Source of the DNA: Saprospiraceae bacterium
Lineage (GTDB): Bacteria > Bacteroidota > Bacteroidia > Chitinophagales > Saprospiraceae
Direction of reading: 5' to 3'
Assembly: GCA_022841345.1 (NCBI GenBank)
Contig: JALHRR010000008.1
Coordinates: forward strand, 96,994 to 147,109
DNA: 50,116 nucleotides
A program made the position numbers and the translations under genes. Each line of letters opens with the position of its first letter. Position 1 is the first letter of the stretch. The notes under the pieces are model-generated. The model made no database searches and was not told where the DNA came from. It was given only the letters and a program-made list of their open reading frames with translations. Positions 10,272 through 20,256 of this stretch are shown here, in pieces.

Positions 10272-10643
10272 TTAAAGTGCTTTTAACTTTTCTTTCAATT
10301 GAGTGAAATCAAGCGGCTTGGTCAGAAAATCGTCCGCTCCAAGACGCATTGCTGTGTTGTAATTTTCCTCATCCCCATAAGCTGTAATCATTACAACCTT
10401 AGGCGGTGGGCTGGCTTCCTTTTCTTTTATCTTCTTCAGCAGGTCCAGACCACTCATACCCGGCATATTAATATCTGAAAGAATCAACACGGCTTCCTGT
10501 TGATGTTGTGTCAAATATTGCAGAGCTGCTTCACCTGAAAATGCAAATGCAAATTGAATTTCTTCATTTTTTATTTCCTTCCTGAATCGCTGCTCAAACA
10601 ACAATTTCACATCCTCTTCATCATCAACAACCAATACATTCAT
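10272..10643 (-). CDS. single-domain response regulator (CheY-like receiver)
   Basis: MNVLVVDDEED…LSDINMPGMSGLDLL; the start is set at the internal Met just downstream of the kinase stop, because the longer ORF overlaps the kinase. Confidence 0.8.
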   Translation of the reverse strand: MNVLVVDDEEDVKLLFEQRFRKEIKNEEIQFAFAFSGEAALQYLTQHQQEAVLILSDINMPGMSGLDLLKKIKEKEASPPPKVVMITAYGDEENYNTAMRLGADDFLTKPLDFTQLKEKLKAL

Positions 10644-10668
10644 GACTCTGATTTTTATAATTTTTGTT

Positions 10669-12033
10669 TTAAACTCCTGAAGCTGGCAGAATGACAGTGA
10701 ATTCAGAGCCTTCCCCTTCTTTTGTTTCAACTTTCAATTCACCGCCATGTGCCTGGATGATATCATAACTCATAGAAAGCCCTAATCCAGTGCCCTGACC
10801 GGTGGGCTTAGTTGTAAAAAAAGGCTGGAAAATCTTATCCAATACTGTCTGCGGAATGCCAGAGCCATTGTCCTTCACTGAAATCCGGAGCTGCTCTTCC
10901 TCCTCTCCCGTAGCAGCAATTCTTTTAGTGCTTACAGTTACTGCTGGTTCATATCCTTCCACACCGGACTTTCTCTTCTCATCCACTGCATAAAATGCAT
11001 TAGTGATGAGGTTGAGAATTACCCTCCCGATATCCTGCGCAATGACATTAATGCTACCGGCATTTTCATCAAATTCTGAGTTCAGTATGGCATTAAATGA
11101 TTTGTCCTTAGCTCTCAAACCATGATAAGCCAATCGAAAATATTCATCCGCCAACACATTGATATCAGTCATTTCCTTATGCAAACCACTGCTTCTGCTA
11201 TGTTGCAGCATTCCTTTCACTATAGCATCCGCGCGCTTTCCATGATGATTGATTTTCTGTAAATTTTGCTCTATATCTGCTGCAATTGCCTTCACCTCTT
11301 CCATATCACCCTTGTCCAGTTCTTCTTTCAATTCCAGAAACAATTCATTGTTGACTTCAGAGAAGTTATTGACAAAATTGAGCGGGTTTTGGATTTCATG
11401 TGCAATGCCGGCTGTTAATTCTCCCAGCGAAGCCATTTTTTCAGAATGAATCAACTGTGTCTGGGTTGCCCTCAGATCTTCCAGGGCTTTTTCGAGAGAT
11501 TCTTTCTGACCCATTAACTCTTTGGTGCGCTCTGCAACCTGGACTTCAAGCGCTGCCTTCATGGACTCAGATATCTGTAAGCGTTTCTTATCTTCCAATG
11601 CTTTCTGACGCTCTTTCTCCAGTGCCTTTCTTTGCTTATTATTGACAAATAACATGGCTATCATCCATATAAAAGCAAAGAAAGATGCAGATTCAAATAC
11701 AAATTCCCAATCTTCATAAAATGGCTTGTTTATAGCATCTGTCAAGTCAGACACAAATTCAATCAGTATAAAGGGAATCACCGCATTGACAAGGGGCTTT
11801 ACCGGTTTAAATGCCGGATTCTTCAGACTGAGATAAATTAAATAAAAAATTGCCACATAAGACAACCAGTTAAGGACTACACCTAAGGCGGGTAGCGTGT
11901 ATTGCAATCCAAAGAGAATGAAGGAGACAATCATTCCTCTCACAAAAATTTTGTCCCATTCCGGCAGCAGTGTTTTACTCTCCAGATTCCTTCGGAGGTA
12001 ATACAATATGGCAATCAGCAGCAAAAGATTCAT
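10669..12033 (-). CDS. sensor histidine kinase (membrane-anchored, HisKA + HATPase_c)
   Basis: N-terminal TM helices and a coiled-coil; H-box HEIQNPLNFVNNF; N/G1/G2 boxes (NLITNAFYA, DNGSGIP, GTGLGLS). Confidence 0.88.
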   Translation of the reverse strand: MNLLLLIAILYYLRRNLESKTLLPEWDKIFVRGMIVSFILFGLQYTLPALGVVLNWLSYVAIFYLIYLSLKNPAFKPVKPLVNAVIPFILIEFVSDLTDAINKPFYEDWEFVFESASFFAFIWMIAMLFVNNKQRKALEKERQKALEDKKRLQISESMKAALEVQVAERTKELMGQKESLEKALEDLRATQTQLIHSEKMASLGELTAGIAHEIQNPLNFVNNFSEVNNELFLELKEELDKGDMEEVKAIAADIEQNLQKINHHGKRADAIVKGMLQHSRSSGLHKEMTDINVLADEYFRLAYHGLRAKDKSFNAILNSEFDENAGSINVIAQDIGRVILNLITNAFYAVDEKRKSGVEGYEPAVTVSTKRIAATGEEEEQLRISVKDNGSGIPQTVLDKIFQPFFTTKPTGQGTGLGLSMSYDIIQAHGGELKVETKEGEGSEFTVILPASGV

Positions 12034-12313
12034 AACGCGGGGGTAAGGTGGAATTATTTATACCGGCAAATTAATAATAAAATTTGCACCATGGCCTTCA
12101 ATTGATTCTATTTTTATATCATACCCATATGCTTCTATAAAATTTCTCCCCACACAAATTTTGAATTGAAATACTTAAACAGTTTGATTTCCTGCCGGGA
12201 AACTACCTGAAATACAAGATATTGTGTATTTGAATTATAATCATTCACCTTGTAACTGTGATTAAAGAGGGTTTAAGCAGGCGAATTAATTAAAAAATGT
12301 GGGTAGTCAAAAT

Positions 12314-12353
12314 TTAAAAAAAGCCAGTTCAAAAAAAATTGAACCGGCTTTTT
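12314..12353 (-). terminator. rho-independent terminator downstream of the flotillin gene
   Basis: AGCCAGTTC…GAACCGGCT hairpin with A-run on plus and T-run on minus strand, immediately 3' of the minus-strand gene ending at 12376. Confidence 0.55.
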
Positions 12354-12375
12354 AATTTAAACTGACTTCTTTTAT

Positions 12376-13782
12376 TTACTCCTTCTCTTCTTCCTTCTTC
12401 GTCGTCTCCTCTGCCCTGCTCCCCAAATACTTCGGCAGATCCATACCTGCCATATTGAACAAGTCATTCATTGGAGGAATACTTTTATACATTCCGGAGA
12501 TAAATTTGGACGTTGAATTGCCCTCTCCTTCCTGGCTATTTCCTCCTTCCCATACAGTAACCTTATCAATTTTGATATTCTTGATGGCTTCCACCTGAGT
12601 CTTGACCAGCTCTTCCAGTTTGTCAGCTACCATCATCAAAACAGCATCCTTAGTATTTCCACCGGCTGAAGCGACGATCTTTTGAAAACCCTGGGCTTGC
12701 TTCTCCAGGATCTCGAATAAACCTTTTGCTTCAGCAGATTGCTTCATGAAAATGGCATCAGCTTCACCTTTTGCAAGACGGCGTGTTTTTTCCGCTGTAG
12801 CTTCTGCTTCAATCTCAAGCTTACGCTTGGCAACTTCTGCGTTGATGATTTCATCTGCTTCACGGGAAGCCAATTCACGCTTTGCTCTTGCTTCTTCCGC
12901 TCCGGCTTCAGCTGTGTATGCTTCTTCCAAAGCTTTAGCTGAAGCAATTTTCTCGGCAGCTATCGCGAATCTGTTAGCTTCTGCTTCCTTCACACGTCGG
13001 GAGGCTTCTGATTCCGCAATTAAAACTTTAGATTCGTTTTCACCTTCAGTAGCACGTGCCTGAGCTGTGGCTTCACCAATTTGAGCCGAAGCTTCAGCTT
13101 CAGATACCTGAATACGCTGATCCCGTTTTGCCATGGCTTCACCTATCGATCCGTCTCTATTGCGCTCTGCTACAATTTTCTTGGCATCATTGATCGCTTT
13201 AGCTGCTGCTTCCTTACCCAATGCTTCAATATAGCCTGATTCATCCTGTATATCTGTTACGTTTACATTGATCAGCGTAAGGCCGATTTTTTTCAATTCA
13301 CTTCCCACATTTCCAGCAACATTCGCAAGGAATTTATCTCTGTCCGCATTGATCTCTTCAATGTCCATCGTAGCTACGCTTAGACGAAGCTGACCAAAAA
13401 TAATATCCTTTGCAATATCTCTTATCTCGTCCATGGTTCGTCCCAGCAAACGTTCTGCAGCATTCAGTGTGACTCCTTCTTCATTGGATATCGCTACTGT
13501 AAATCGGGATGGTACACTAACCCTGATATTCTGGCGGCTCAATGCTCCCCGCAGATCAACATCAATGGAAATGGGAGATAGATCGAGATAGGCATAATCC
13601 TGAATGACCGGCCAAACAAACGCTGCACCCCCGGCAAGTGTTTTCGCCGATCCCCGACCCGTGCGTCCATAAATGACCAGAATCTTATCAGATGGGCATC
13701 TCTTATAGCGTGATACCAGCCAGGTCAACATTAAAAAAGCAAGAAGTACTAATCCGGCAACAATAAATATAAATGAATCCAT
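12376..13782 (-). CDS. flotillin / SPFH (band 7) domain protein, YqiK-like
   Basis: N-terminal TM helix and SPFH domain, then a long Ala/Glu-rich coiled-coil (EAEASAQIGEATAQARA…), as in flotillins. Confidence 0.85.
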   Translation of the reverse strand: MDSFIFIVAGLVLLAFLMLTWLVSRYKRCPSDKILVIYGRTGRGSAKTLAGGAAFVWPVIQDYAYLDLSPISIDVDLRGALSRQNIRVSVPSRFTVAISNEEGVTLNAAERLLGRTMDEIRDIAKDIIFGQLRLSVATMDIEEINADRDKFLANVAGNVGSELKKIGLTLINVNVTDIQDESGYIEALGKEAAAKAINDAKKIVAERNRDGSIGEAMAKRDQRIQVSEAEASAQIGEATAQARATEGENESKVLIAESEASRRVKEAEANRFAIAAEKIASAKALEEAYTAEAGAEEARAKRELASREADEIINAEVAKRKLEIEAEATAEKTRRLAKGEADAIFMKQSAEAKGLFEILEKQAQGFQKIVASAGGNTKDAVLMMVADKLEELVKTQVEAIKNIKIDKVTVWEGGNSQEGEGNSTSKFISGMYKSIPPMNDLFNMAGMDLPKYLGSRAEETTKKEEEKE

Positions 13783-13818
13783 AGTTTGAATGAGGTTTTA
13801 AAGTGAAATGAATCGGTA

Positions 13819-14445
13819 TTAAGATGCAAAATCATCGTATGATGAAGGTATTTCATATGTTTCAATCGGTATAACAACAAATGTATTACCATCCAGGATT
13901 TCTACTATTTTAACTTTTTGTCCAGTCTGAATAGATTCTCCTTCTGTTACTGCTTCCATCTCTCTGATGGAGCCACCTAATTTAATCAAAACTTTCCCGA
14001 CACCCTTTCTTCTCTCTGGTATGGGCAAATACACATCTGCAGTAGTAAATAGTGCCTCGTATACATCCGCATTTCCGGATTGTGTAAGTTTTCCAAATAT
14101 GTACATAAGATAGGCGACCAGCAGCATAGCGGCAGAACCAGACAAGAAAGCCATCACTACAGTGAAAAAGGTTCCATTTCCTTTGCTCAAAAGCAAAACA
14201 CCTGTCCACCCAAAGAAAGTAAAGAATGCAATAATACTCCTGACAGAAAGCAGAGCAAATTCTTTGTCCAGGCCAAACCCATGATCATCAATGTCATGTC
14301 CGGCATCATCATCTCCAAATCCTACTCCGAACAAGCTAAGTACAAATTGAATAAAAAACAATACACTGAAAATAATGGAAATGCTCCAAAAAATCTTTTC
14401 AGGATTGCTCATTACTTCCCACCATTCACTCATGAAAATATACAT
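13819..14445 (-). CDS. NfeD-like membrane protein (YqiJ-like partner of flotillin)
   Basis: Multi-TM N-terminus plus a C-terminal OB-fold-like soluble domain; located immediately upstream of the flotillin gene, the conserved NfeD-flotillin operon arrangement. Confidence 0.6.
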   Translation of the reverse strand: MYIFMSEWWEVMSNPEKIFWSISIIFSVLFFIQFVLSLFGVGFGDDDAGHDIDDHGFGLDKEFALLSVRSIIAFFTFFGWTGVLLLSKGNGTFFTVVMAFLSGSAAMLLVAYLMYIFGKLTQSGNADVYEALFTTADVYLPIPERRKGVGKVLIKLGGSIREMEAVTEGESIQTGQKVKIVEILDGNTFVVIPIETYEIPSSYDDFAS

Positions 14446-14677
14446 ACAAGGTGTTTTATACCAAAGTAAACATTTTTAATCATCAATTGACTCCCTGATC
14501 TTGTTTAATTCGACCAGATTCAGGAAATAATCGGTCAAAAGAAAGATATGTACAGTCAGAAACTGCTGTAACATCAGTGTTGAAGTTTGTAATTCAACTA
14601 TTTAGTGAATACAACTCGGTGATATCAGTCGCAACAACCAAATATATTAAATAAATAAATAAATCACTTTTCAATAA

Positions 14678-14685
14678 TGTTAACT
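14678..14685 (+). promoter_or_regulatory. Bacteroidota -7 promoter element TAACTTTG upstream of prs
   Basis: Exact match to TAnnTTTG about 30 nt upstream of the prs ATG. Confidence 0.4.
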
Positions 14686-14715
14686 TTGTGTCACTAACTC
14701 AAACAAAAGGCTAAC

Positions 14716-15648
14716 ATGGTAGATGTAAAACTCTTCTCCGGGACAAACTCCAGATATCTTGCAGAAAGAATTGCAGATTATTATGGACAAGGACTGGGAG
14801 ATCAGACAGTATTAAAATTTTCTGATGGCGAAATGCAGCCCATTATAAATGAATCGGTTCGCGGCGCTTATGTATTCCTGATCCAATCTACCTTTGCACC
14901 TGCGGAGAATCTGATGGAATTATTATTGACTATAGATACGGTAAGAAGAGCTTCCGCAGGCTATATTACTGCCGTTATTCCTTTTTATGGGTATGCCCGC
15001 CAGGACAGAAAAGATAAACCCAGAGTGCCTATTTCCGCCAAGCTTATCGCTAATTTATTACAAGCTGCCGGAGCCAACCGGATCATGACCATGGACTTCC
15101 ATGCTGATCAGATTCAGGGATTCTTTGACATTCCTGTAGACCACTTAAAGTCTGAGGCTATTTATATGCCTTATTTGCAGGATCAAAGTATGGAAAATGT
15201 AATTTTTGCTTCCCCGGACGTGGGGGGTGTAAAAAGAGCCCGTACTTATGCCAAGTATTTCAAAACTGACCTTGTTATTTGTGATAAATATCGTAAAAAA
15301 GCAAATGAAGTAGCGGGTATGACTGTCATAGGGGAGGTTACTGGCAGAGATGTGATTCTGATGGACGATATTGTAGATACTGCAGGCACACTATGTAAAG
15401 CGGCCGATGCATTGATGGAGAAAGGCGCTAAGTCGGTGCAAGCTTTTTGCACACATCCTGTTTTATCTGGCAATGCATATGAAAATATTGAAAAATCTGC
15501 ATTGACTCAGCTTGTAGTAACCGATACTTTGCCTGTAAAGCAAAAATCAGGCAAAATAAAAGTACTGTCTACCGCAAAACTTTTTGCCCGTGCAATTCGC
15601 AATACTCACGAACACAGATCGATTAGTGCGCTCTTCGTTGAAGAATGA
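14716..15648 (+). CDS. prs: ribose-phosphate pyrophosphokinase
   Basis: PRPP synthetase motifs, including the PRPP-binding loop DDIVDTAGT. Confidence 0.93.
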   Translation: MVDVKLFSGTNSRYLAERIADYYGQGLGDQTVLKFSDGEMQPIINESVRGAYVFLIQSTFAPAENLMELLLTIDTVRRASAGYITAVIPFYGYARQDRKDKPRVPISAKLIANLLQAAGANRIMTMDFHADQIQGFFDIPVDHLKSEAIYMPYLQDQSMENVIFASPDVGGVKRARTYAKYFKTDLVICDKYRKKANEVAGMTVIGEVTGRDVILMDDIVDTAGTLCKAADALMEKGAKSVQAFCTHPVLSGNAYENIEKSALTQLVVTDTLPVKQKSGKIKVLSTAKLFARAIRNTHEHRSISALFVEE

Positions 15649-15694
15649 TTAGTTTTTTTTAGAATTATTATTTGGTAGTCTAAAAGCATAAATC

Positions 15695-15702
15695 TATCTT
15701 TG
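15695..15702 (+). promoter_or_regulatory. Bacteroidota -7 promoter element TATCTTTG upstream of rplY
   Basis: Matches TAnnTTTG about 40 nt upstream of the start. Confidence 0.35.
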
Positions 15703-15741
15703 CGAGCATTTTAAAAAAAAAGGGCCAAAAATAACTGTACA

Positions 15742-16320
15742 ATGGAAATCATAGATATCAAAGGGCACGAGAGAAAAGACCTTGGCAAATCAGCTGCCAA
15801 GCGTACCCGCACTGAGGGATTAGTGCCATGTGTTTTATATTCAGGAAATACTGCACTGCACTTCAGCGCGCACCCTCTTGAACTGAGACATATCATATAT
15901 ACCGGAGAATTCAAGCAAGCTGATATAGATATAAATGGCGAAAAACACCGCTGTATCCTTAAAGCTATGCAGTTTAATCCGGTAACTGACGTGGTTACTC
16001 ATGTCGATTTCCTTAAATTGGTTCCGGGCAACTCTATTAAAGTTGAAGTTCCTGTTAAATTCCTGGGAATAGCTCAGGGAGTGAAGGAAGGTGGTAAGCT
16101 TCAGCAAATGTTACGCAAAATTAAGATCAAAACTACTCCTGAGAAAGTACTTAGTGAGATGCAACTGGATGTTACGCATCTTAAACTTGGCCAATCAGTT
16201 CGTGTTCGTGATATAAAAGTAGAAGAGGGAATTGAAATCCTCAATGCACCAAGCATACCTGTGGCTATCATTGAGATTCCACGTGCACTTCGTGGTGCCA
16301 AGGCTGCTGAGAAAAAATAA
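15742..16320 (+). CDS. rplY: 50S ribosomal protein L25 / general stress protein Ctc
   Basis: 192 aa; L25/Ctc beta-barrel N-domain (…RTEGLVPCVLYSG…) followed by a C-terminal extension. Confidence 0.85.
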   Translation: MEIIDIKGHERKDLGKSAAKRTRTEGLVPCVLYSGNTALHFSAHPLELRHIIYTGEFKQADIDINGEKHRCILKAMQFNPVTDVVTHVDFLKLVPGNSIKVEVPVKFLGIAQGVKEGGKLQQMLRKIKIKTTPEKVLSEMQLDVTHLKLGQSVRVRDIKVEEGIEILNAPSIPVAIIEIPRALRGAKAAEKK

Positions 16321-16345
16321 TTCTATTTAGAATCATACCTATTTG

Positions 16346-16376
16346 GGGTGTATCTTTACCGGATACACCCTTTTTA
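16346..16376 (+). terminator. rho-independent terminator after rplY
   Basis: Perfect 9-bp stem GGGTGTATC/GATACACCC with a 7-nt loop followed by TTTTT; it lies inside the long ORF call beginning 16343, which argues for the downstream start. Confidence 0.7.
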
Positions 16377-16381
16377 TTTAT

Positions 16382-17143
16382 ATGAAAATTGGCATGTTAC
16401 AATGGGATCTTACCTGGCAAGATCCATCAGCAAACAGAGATCATATTTCAGAATTTCTGAAAAACAATCCCGCGCCGGAACTTCTGATCTTACCGGAAAT
16501 GTTTAGTACAGGTTTCAGCATGAATGCTGCATCTTTGGCAGAATCAATGTCCGGACCGACCGTGGCCTTTTTAAGTGAAAACGCGGCCCGTTACAGTACT
16601 ATTATTGCAGGCAGTCTTATCATTGAGGAAAATAATTCTTACTTCAATCGCTTCATTTTTGCATTTCCGGATGGTTCCATACAGCATTATAGCAAACACC
16701 ACCTTTTTACATTATCCGGAGAAGATCAATCCTATACACCCGGTTCAGAAATACCGCAGCTTTCTGTTCATTCCTGGAAAGTATGTCCTCAAATATGTTA
16801 TGACCTCAGATTTCCTGAATGGGCACGCGCAGCATTACCATTTGACTTATTAATATATACAGCCTCCTGGCCGGAAAAGCGTGTGGAAGCCTGGTCAGCC
16901 CTTCTCAAAGCAAGAGCTATTGAAAATCAATGTTATGTAATAGGTGTTAATCGTGTGGGTCAGGATGGAAATGGACTCCTTTATAATGGGAGATCTGCAG
17001 TTATTCAGTTTGATGGGGAGCCCATCATACAGGCAAGCGCAGAGGCCGGATATTTCGAATTGACCCTTGATAAACTGGCACAGGACTCTTTCAGAAAATC
17101 TTTACCTTTTCTGCAAGACAGAGACCCAATAACATTTGGTTAA
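16382..17143 (+). CDS. carbon-nitrogen hydrolase family protein (nitrilase/omega-amidase-like)
   Basis: CN-hydrolase catalytic triad context: E in LILPEMF, K in YSKHHLF, and C in ICYDLRFPE. Confidence 0.8.
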   Translation: MKIGMLQWDLTWQDPSANRDHISEFLKNNPAPELLILPEMFSTGFSMNAASLAESMSGPTVAFLSENAARYSTIIAGSLIIEENNSYFNRFIFAFPDGSIQHYSKHHLFTLSGEDQSYTPGSEIPQLSVHSWKVCPQICYDLRFPEWARAALPFDLLIYTASWPEKRVEAWSALLKARAIENQCYVIGVNRVGQDGNGLLYNGRSAVIQFDGEPIIQASAEAGYFELTLDKLAQDSFRKSLPFLQDRDPITFG

Positions 17144-17230
17144 CAAAGTTTCACAGTGTGAATCCCTCTTTGCTTAGTTATTTTTCTAAATTTGCCAACT
17201 GCAACTCGTATTTAACGAATCTACCTATTT

Positions 17231-17812
17231 ATGACGTTAGTTAAAAGCAAGCAATTATCTATATTTACGATAATACTGGTGACTTTAGTTTTCTCCGCCT
17301 TTACCAATGCAAATCACTCCATACCATCACCGGTAATCTCAGGTACAAAATTTGCTTCAGATAATAAACCGGTTTCTATTCTGAATGAAAAAAGAATAGA
17401 GTTAATTAATAAAGCTAAAGAATTTGTTGGGCTAAGATACCGGTACAATGGCACCACCCCAAAAGGATTTGATTGCTCCGGATTTACTTCTTTTCTATAT
17501 AACAAACAACTGGGAATATATCTGGATCACAGCTCCTCAGGTCAGTCAAAGTTTGGAAAAAGAGTACCCCTGGCAGATGCTAAAGAAGGAGATTTATTAT
17601 TTTTCGGGGTAAATGGAAGAATTCATCATGTAGGCATGGTGTATTCTAATGAGGATGATAAATTGTTGATGATTCATAGCTCTACCAGCAGAGGTGTTAT
17701 TATTGAAAATGTCTGGACCTCAGCCTACTGGAGAAAAAGACTTATGTTTGTACGTGATGTTATTTCTTCAGAATTAAAGGAAGAAGTAATAGAGGCAGTA
17801 GAAACATTTTAA
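17231..17812 (+). CDS. NlpC/P60 family (C40) cell-wall peptidase
   Basis: Signal peptide and the catalytic Cys motif GFDCSGFTSFLY, with a downstream His (IHHVGMV). Confidence 0.85.
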   Translation: MTLVKSKQLSIFTIILVTLVFSAFTNANHSIPSPVISGTKFASDNKPVSILNEKRIELINKAKEFVGLRYRYNGTTPKGFDCSGFTSFLYNKQLGIYLDHSSSGQSKFGKRVPLADAKEGDLLFFGVNGRIHHVGMVYSNEDDKLLMIHSSTSRGVIIENVWTSAYWRKRLMFVRDVISSELKEEVIEAVETF

Positions 17813-17829
17813 AGGAATCAATCAACAAC

Positions 17830-18405
17830 ATGCTTAATCTTATACTTTTTGGACCTCCCGGATCTGGAAAAGGCACACAAGCGGAATCACTCGTTAAAAA
17901 ATATGGCTTACTGCATATCTCCACTGGAGATCTGTTCAGATATGAAATGTCTAATGACACTCCTTTAGGATTAGAAGCCAAATCTTACATGGCAAAAGGT
18001 GAGTTGGTTCCCGACAGCATTACTATCGGCATGCTGAAAAATAAAGTAGATGCATTTCCTGATGTGAATGGCTACATTTTCGATGGATTTCCAAGAACTA
18101 TTATCCAGGCAGAAGCATTGGACAATCTGTTAGCAGAAAAGGATCAGTCCATCAGTGGATTAATCGCCCTGAAGGTGGACGAAGAAGAAATCGTTCAGCG
18201 TATCAAAAAAAGAGGTGCAGTCTCCGGTAGAGCAGATGATAATGACGAAAATATTATCAGGAATAGAATTCAGGTGTACCAATCTGAAACCACTCCAGTC
18301 TATGATTATTATAATGCAAAAGGACTTTCACATAGCATTGAAGGAGTAGGATCGATCGAAGAAATCTTCAGGTCCATAACACAAACAGTAGATTCGCTGT
18401 TATAA
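17830..18405 (+). CDS. adk: adenylate kinase
   Basis: P-loop GPPGSGKGTQA; short-form Adk, 191 aa. Confidence 0.92.
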   Translation: MLNLILFGPPGSGKGTQAESLVKKYGLLHISTGDLFRYEMSNDTPLGLEAKSYMAKGELVPDSITIGMLKNKVDAFPDVNGYIFDGFPRTIIQAEALDNLLAEKDQSISGLIALKVDEEEIVQRIKKRGAVSGRADDNDENIIRNRIQVYQSETTPVYDYYNAKGLSHSIEGVGSIEEIFRSITQTVDSLL

Positions 18406-18477
18406 AGCCACAATTTTGTCTATATTTAATGCAGGACCTTATTAAATTCGGTTCTGTTTTCTCATTTATTTTAACTT

Positions 18478-19494
18478 ATGGCTGATCAAAACTTTGTCGA
18501 TTACGTAAAAATCTGTTGCCGTTCAGGTGCAGGTGGTGCAGGTTCTTTACACTTTCACAGAGCCAAATATATTCCGAAGGGTGGCCCTGATGGAGGGAAT
18601 GGAGGTAAAGGCGGTAGTATTTATATTCGTGGCAACAGAAATGTATGGACTTTGCTTCCATTGAAATATCGCAAACATGTGATAGCAGGTGAAGGCAAAA
18701 ATGGTATGTATGATAATATGACCGGGGCCGACGGCGAGGATGTGATTCTGGATGTTCCATTGGGAACTGTTGCAAGAGATGCTGAATCGGGTGAAGTTCA
18801 TTTTGAGATTACGGAAGATGGAGAAACGCGCATCCTTGTTGAAGGAGGACGTGGTGGCAAAGGAAATGCTCATTTTAAATCTTCAACTCACCAAACTCCC
18901 CGTTTTGCACAACCCGGAGAAGAAGGAAAAGAAGAGTGGAAAATTTTGGAATTGAAAGTATTGGCAGATGTTGGCCTGGTCGGATTTCCCAATGCAGGAA
19001 AATCTACACTGCTTGCAGCAGTCACATCAGCAAAGCCTGAGATTGCCGATTATGCTTTCACCACAATTACTCCCAATCTCGGAGTGGTCGAATACAGAGA
19101 GAGCAGGACATTTATCATTGCTGATATTCCGGGAATTATCGAAGGCGCACATACCGGTAAAGGGCTCGGACATCGCTTTCTGAAGCACATAGAAAGAAAT
19201 GCAACACTTCTATTTATGGTACCGTGCAATGCTGATAATATACAGGATGCATATCAAATTCTCTTAGAAGAACTCAAACTTTATAATGAGGAATTACTGG
19301 ATAAACCCAGAATTCTTGCCATCACTAAGTGCGATTTGATCGATAAAGAAATGGAGGAAATGATCACATCAGATCTGAAAATTGATATTCCTATCATATT
19401 CATCTCTGCTGTAACCCAATACCATTTATTGCAACTGAAAGATCTTTTGTGGAAAACAATTGATCGTCAAAAATCCCTTGAATCATTCGAGTAA
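18478..19494 (+). CDS. obg: GTPase Obg/CgtA
   Basis: Obg fold N-domain (glycine-rich GGDGGNGGKGG) followed by a GTPase domain (GFPNAGKSTLL, DIPG). Confidence 0.92.
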   Translation: MADQNFVDYVKICCRSGAGGAGSLHFHRAKYIPKGGPDGGNGGKGGSIYIRGNRNVWTLLPLKYRKHVIAGEGKNGMYDNMTGADGEDVILDVPLGTVARDAESGEVHFEITEDGETRILVEGGRGGKGNAHFKSSTHQTPRFAQPGEEGKEEWKILELKVLADVGLVGFPNAGKSTLLAAVTSAKPEIADYAFTTITPNLGVVEYRESRTFIIADIPGIIEGAHTGKGLGHRFLKHIERNATLLFMVPCNADNIQDAYQILLEELKLYNEELLDKPRILAITKCDLIDKEMEEMITSDLKIDIPIIFISAVTQYHLLQLKDLLWKTIDRQKSLESFE

Positions 19495-20199
19495 ACTCTG
19501 GTGTAATGCTGACTTAAGGCTTTTTACATCAGATGATAATATGGGCTTATAATCACCAAATTGCCCCCCGGCATTCAAAGGTTTTCTGAGAGATGCGTGA
19601 TAAGCAAGCAGATTTGTATGCTTTGCAATATGGCCAATATTGTTCTGATGAATTCCTCCGCCGGCTATGATTTCTATTTGTCCGCCAAAGCGTTCTTTCC
19701 AGATACTTAAATTATCAATGCCATCGGTTGCATTTTTTGTTGCGCCGGATGTAAGAATACTGGTACAACCGGCAGAAATAAGCTGTTCAATGGATTGAAT
19801 AGGATCTCTGGTTAGGTCTATTGCTCTATGAAACGTGACAGGTAATGGTGAAGCTAATTCAATGATCATTTGCATTCTTTTCATGTCAATTTCATTGTCA
19901 TTTGTTAGGATACCAGTCACTATGCCGTCCATATCCAGTTCTTTGCATTGTAGAATGTCAGCTTGCATAGCGAGAAATTCGATGTCTGAGTACACAAAAT
20001 CTCCTCCTCTTGGTCTGATAATTGCTCTAACCTGCATAGCAAGTAAATTCCTTGCCATTTTTAATATTCCATAACTGGGCGTGGTGCCACCCTCCAATGG
20101 ATTAGCACATAGCTCTGCACGATCAGCTCCTCCCATCTGGGCAGCGGTGCAGTCAGCCAGTGAGTAACAGCAAATTTCAATAATCGGTTTTTTTGCCAT
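19483..20199 (-). CDS. cutC: copper homeostasis protein CutC
   Basis: 238 aa; N-terminus IEICCYSLADCTAAQMGGADRAELC is typical of CutC TIM-barrel proteins. Confidence 0.8.
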   Translation of the reverse strand: MAKKPIIEICCYSLADCTAAQMGGADRAELCANPLEGGTTPSYGILKMARNLLAMQVRAIIRPRGGDFVYSDIEFLAMQADILQCKELDMDGIVTGILTNDNEIDMKRMQMIIELASPLPVTFHRAIDLTRDPIQSIEQLISAGCTSILTSGATKNATDGIDNLSIWKERFGGQIEIIAGGGIHQNNIGHIAKHTNLLAYHASLRKPLNAGGQFGDYKPILSSDVKSLKSALHQSLLE

Positions 20200-20256
20200 T
20201 TCAATTAATTAGTCCGGTCCACACATACATTTTCTCAAATTGGATATATCATCCAT

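Noticed and set aside
12739-13063. Overlapping 67-105-aa ORFs on both strands inside the flotillin gene
   Set aside because: They arise from the low-complexity Ala/Glu/Lys-rich coiled-coil coding region (GCN/GAR repeats read in other frames); no independent motif supports them.
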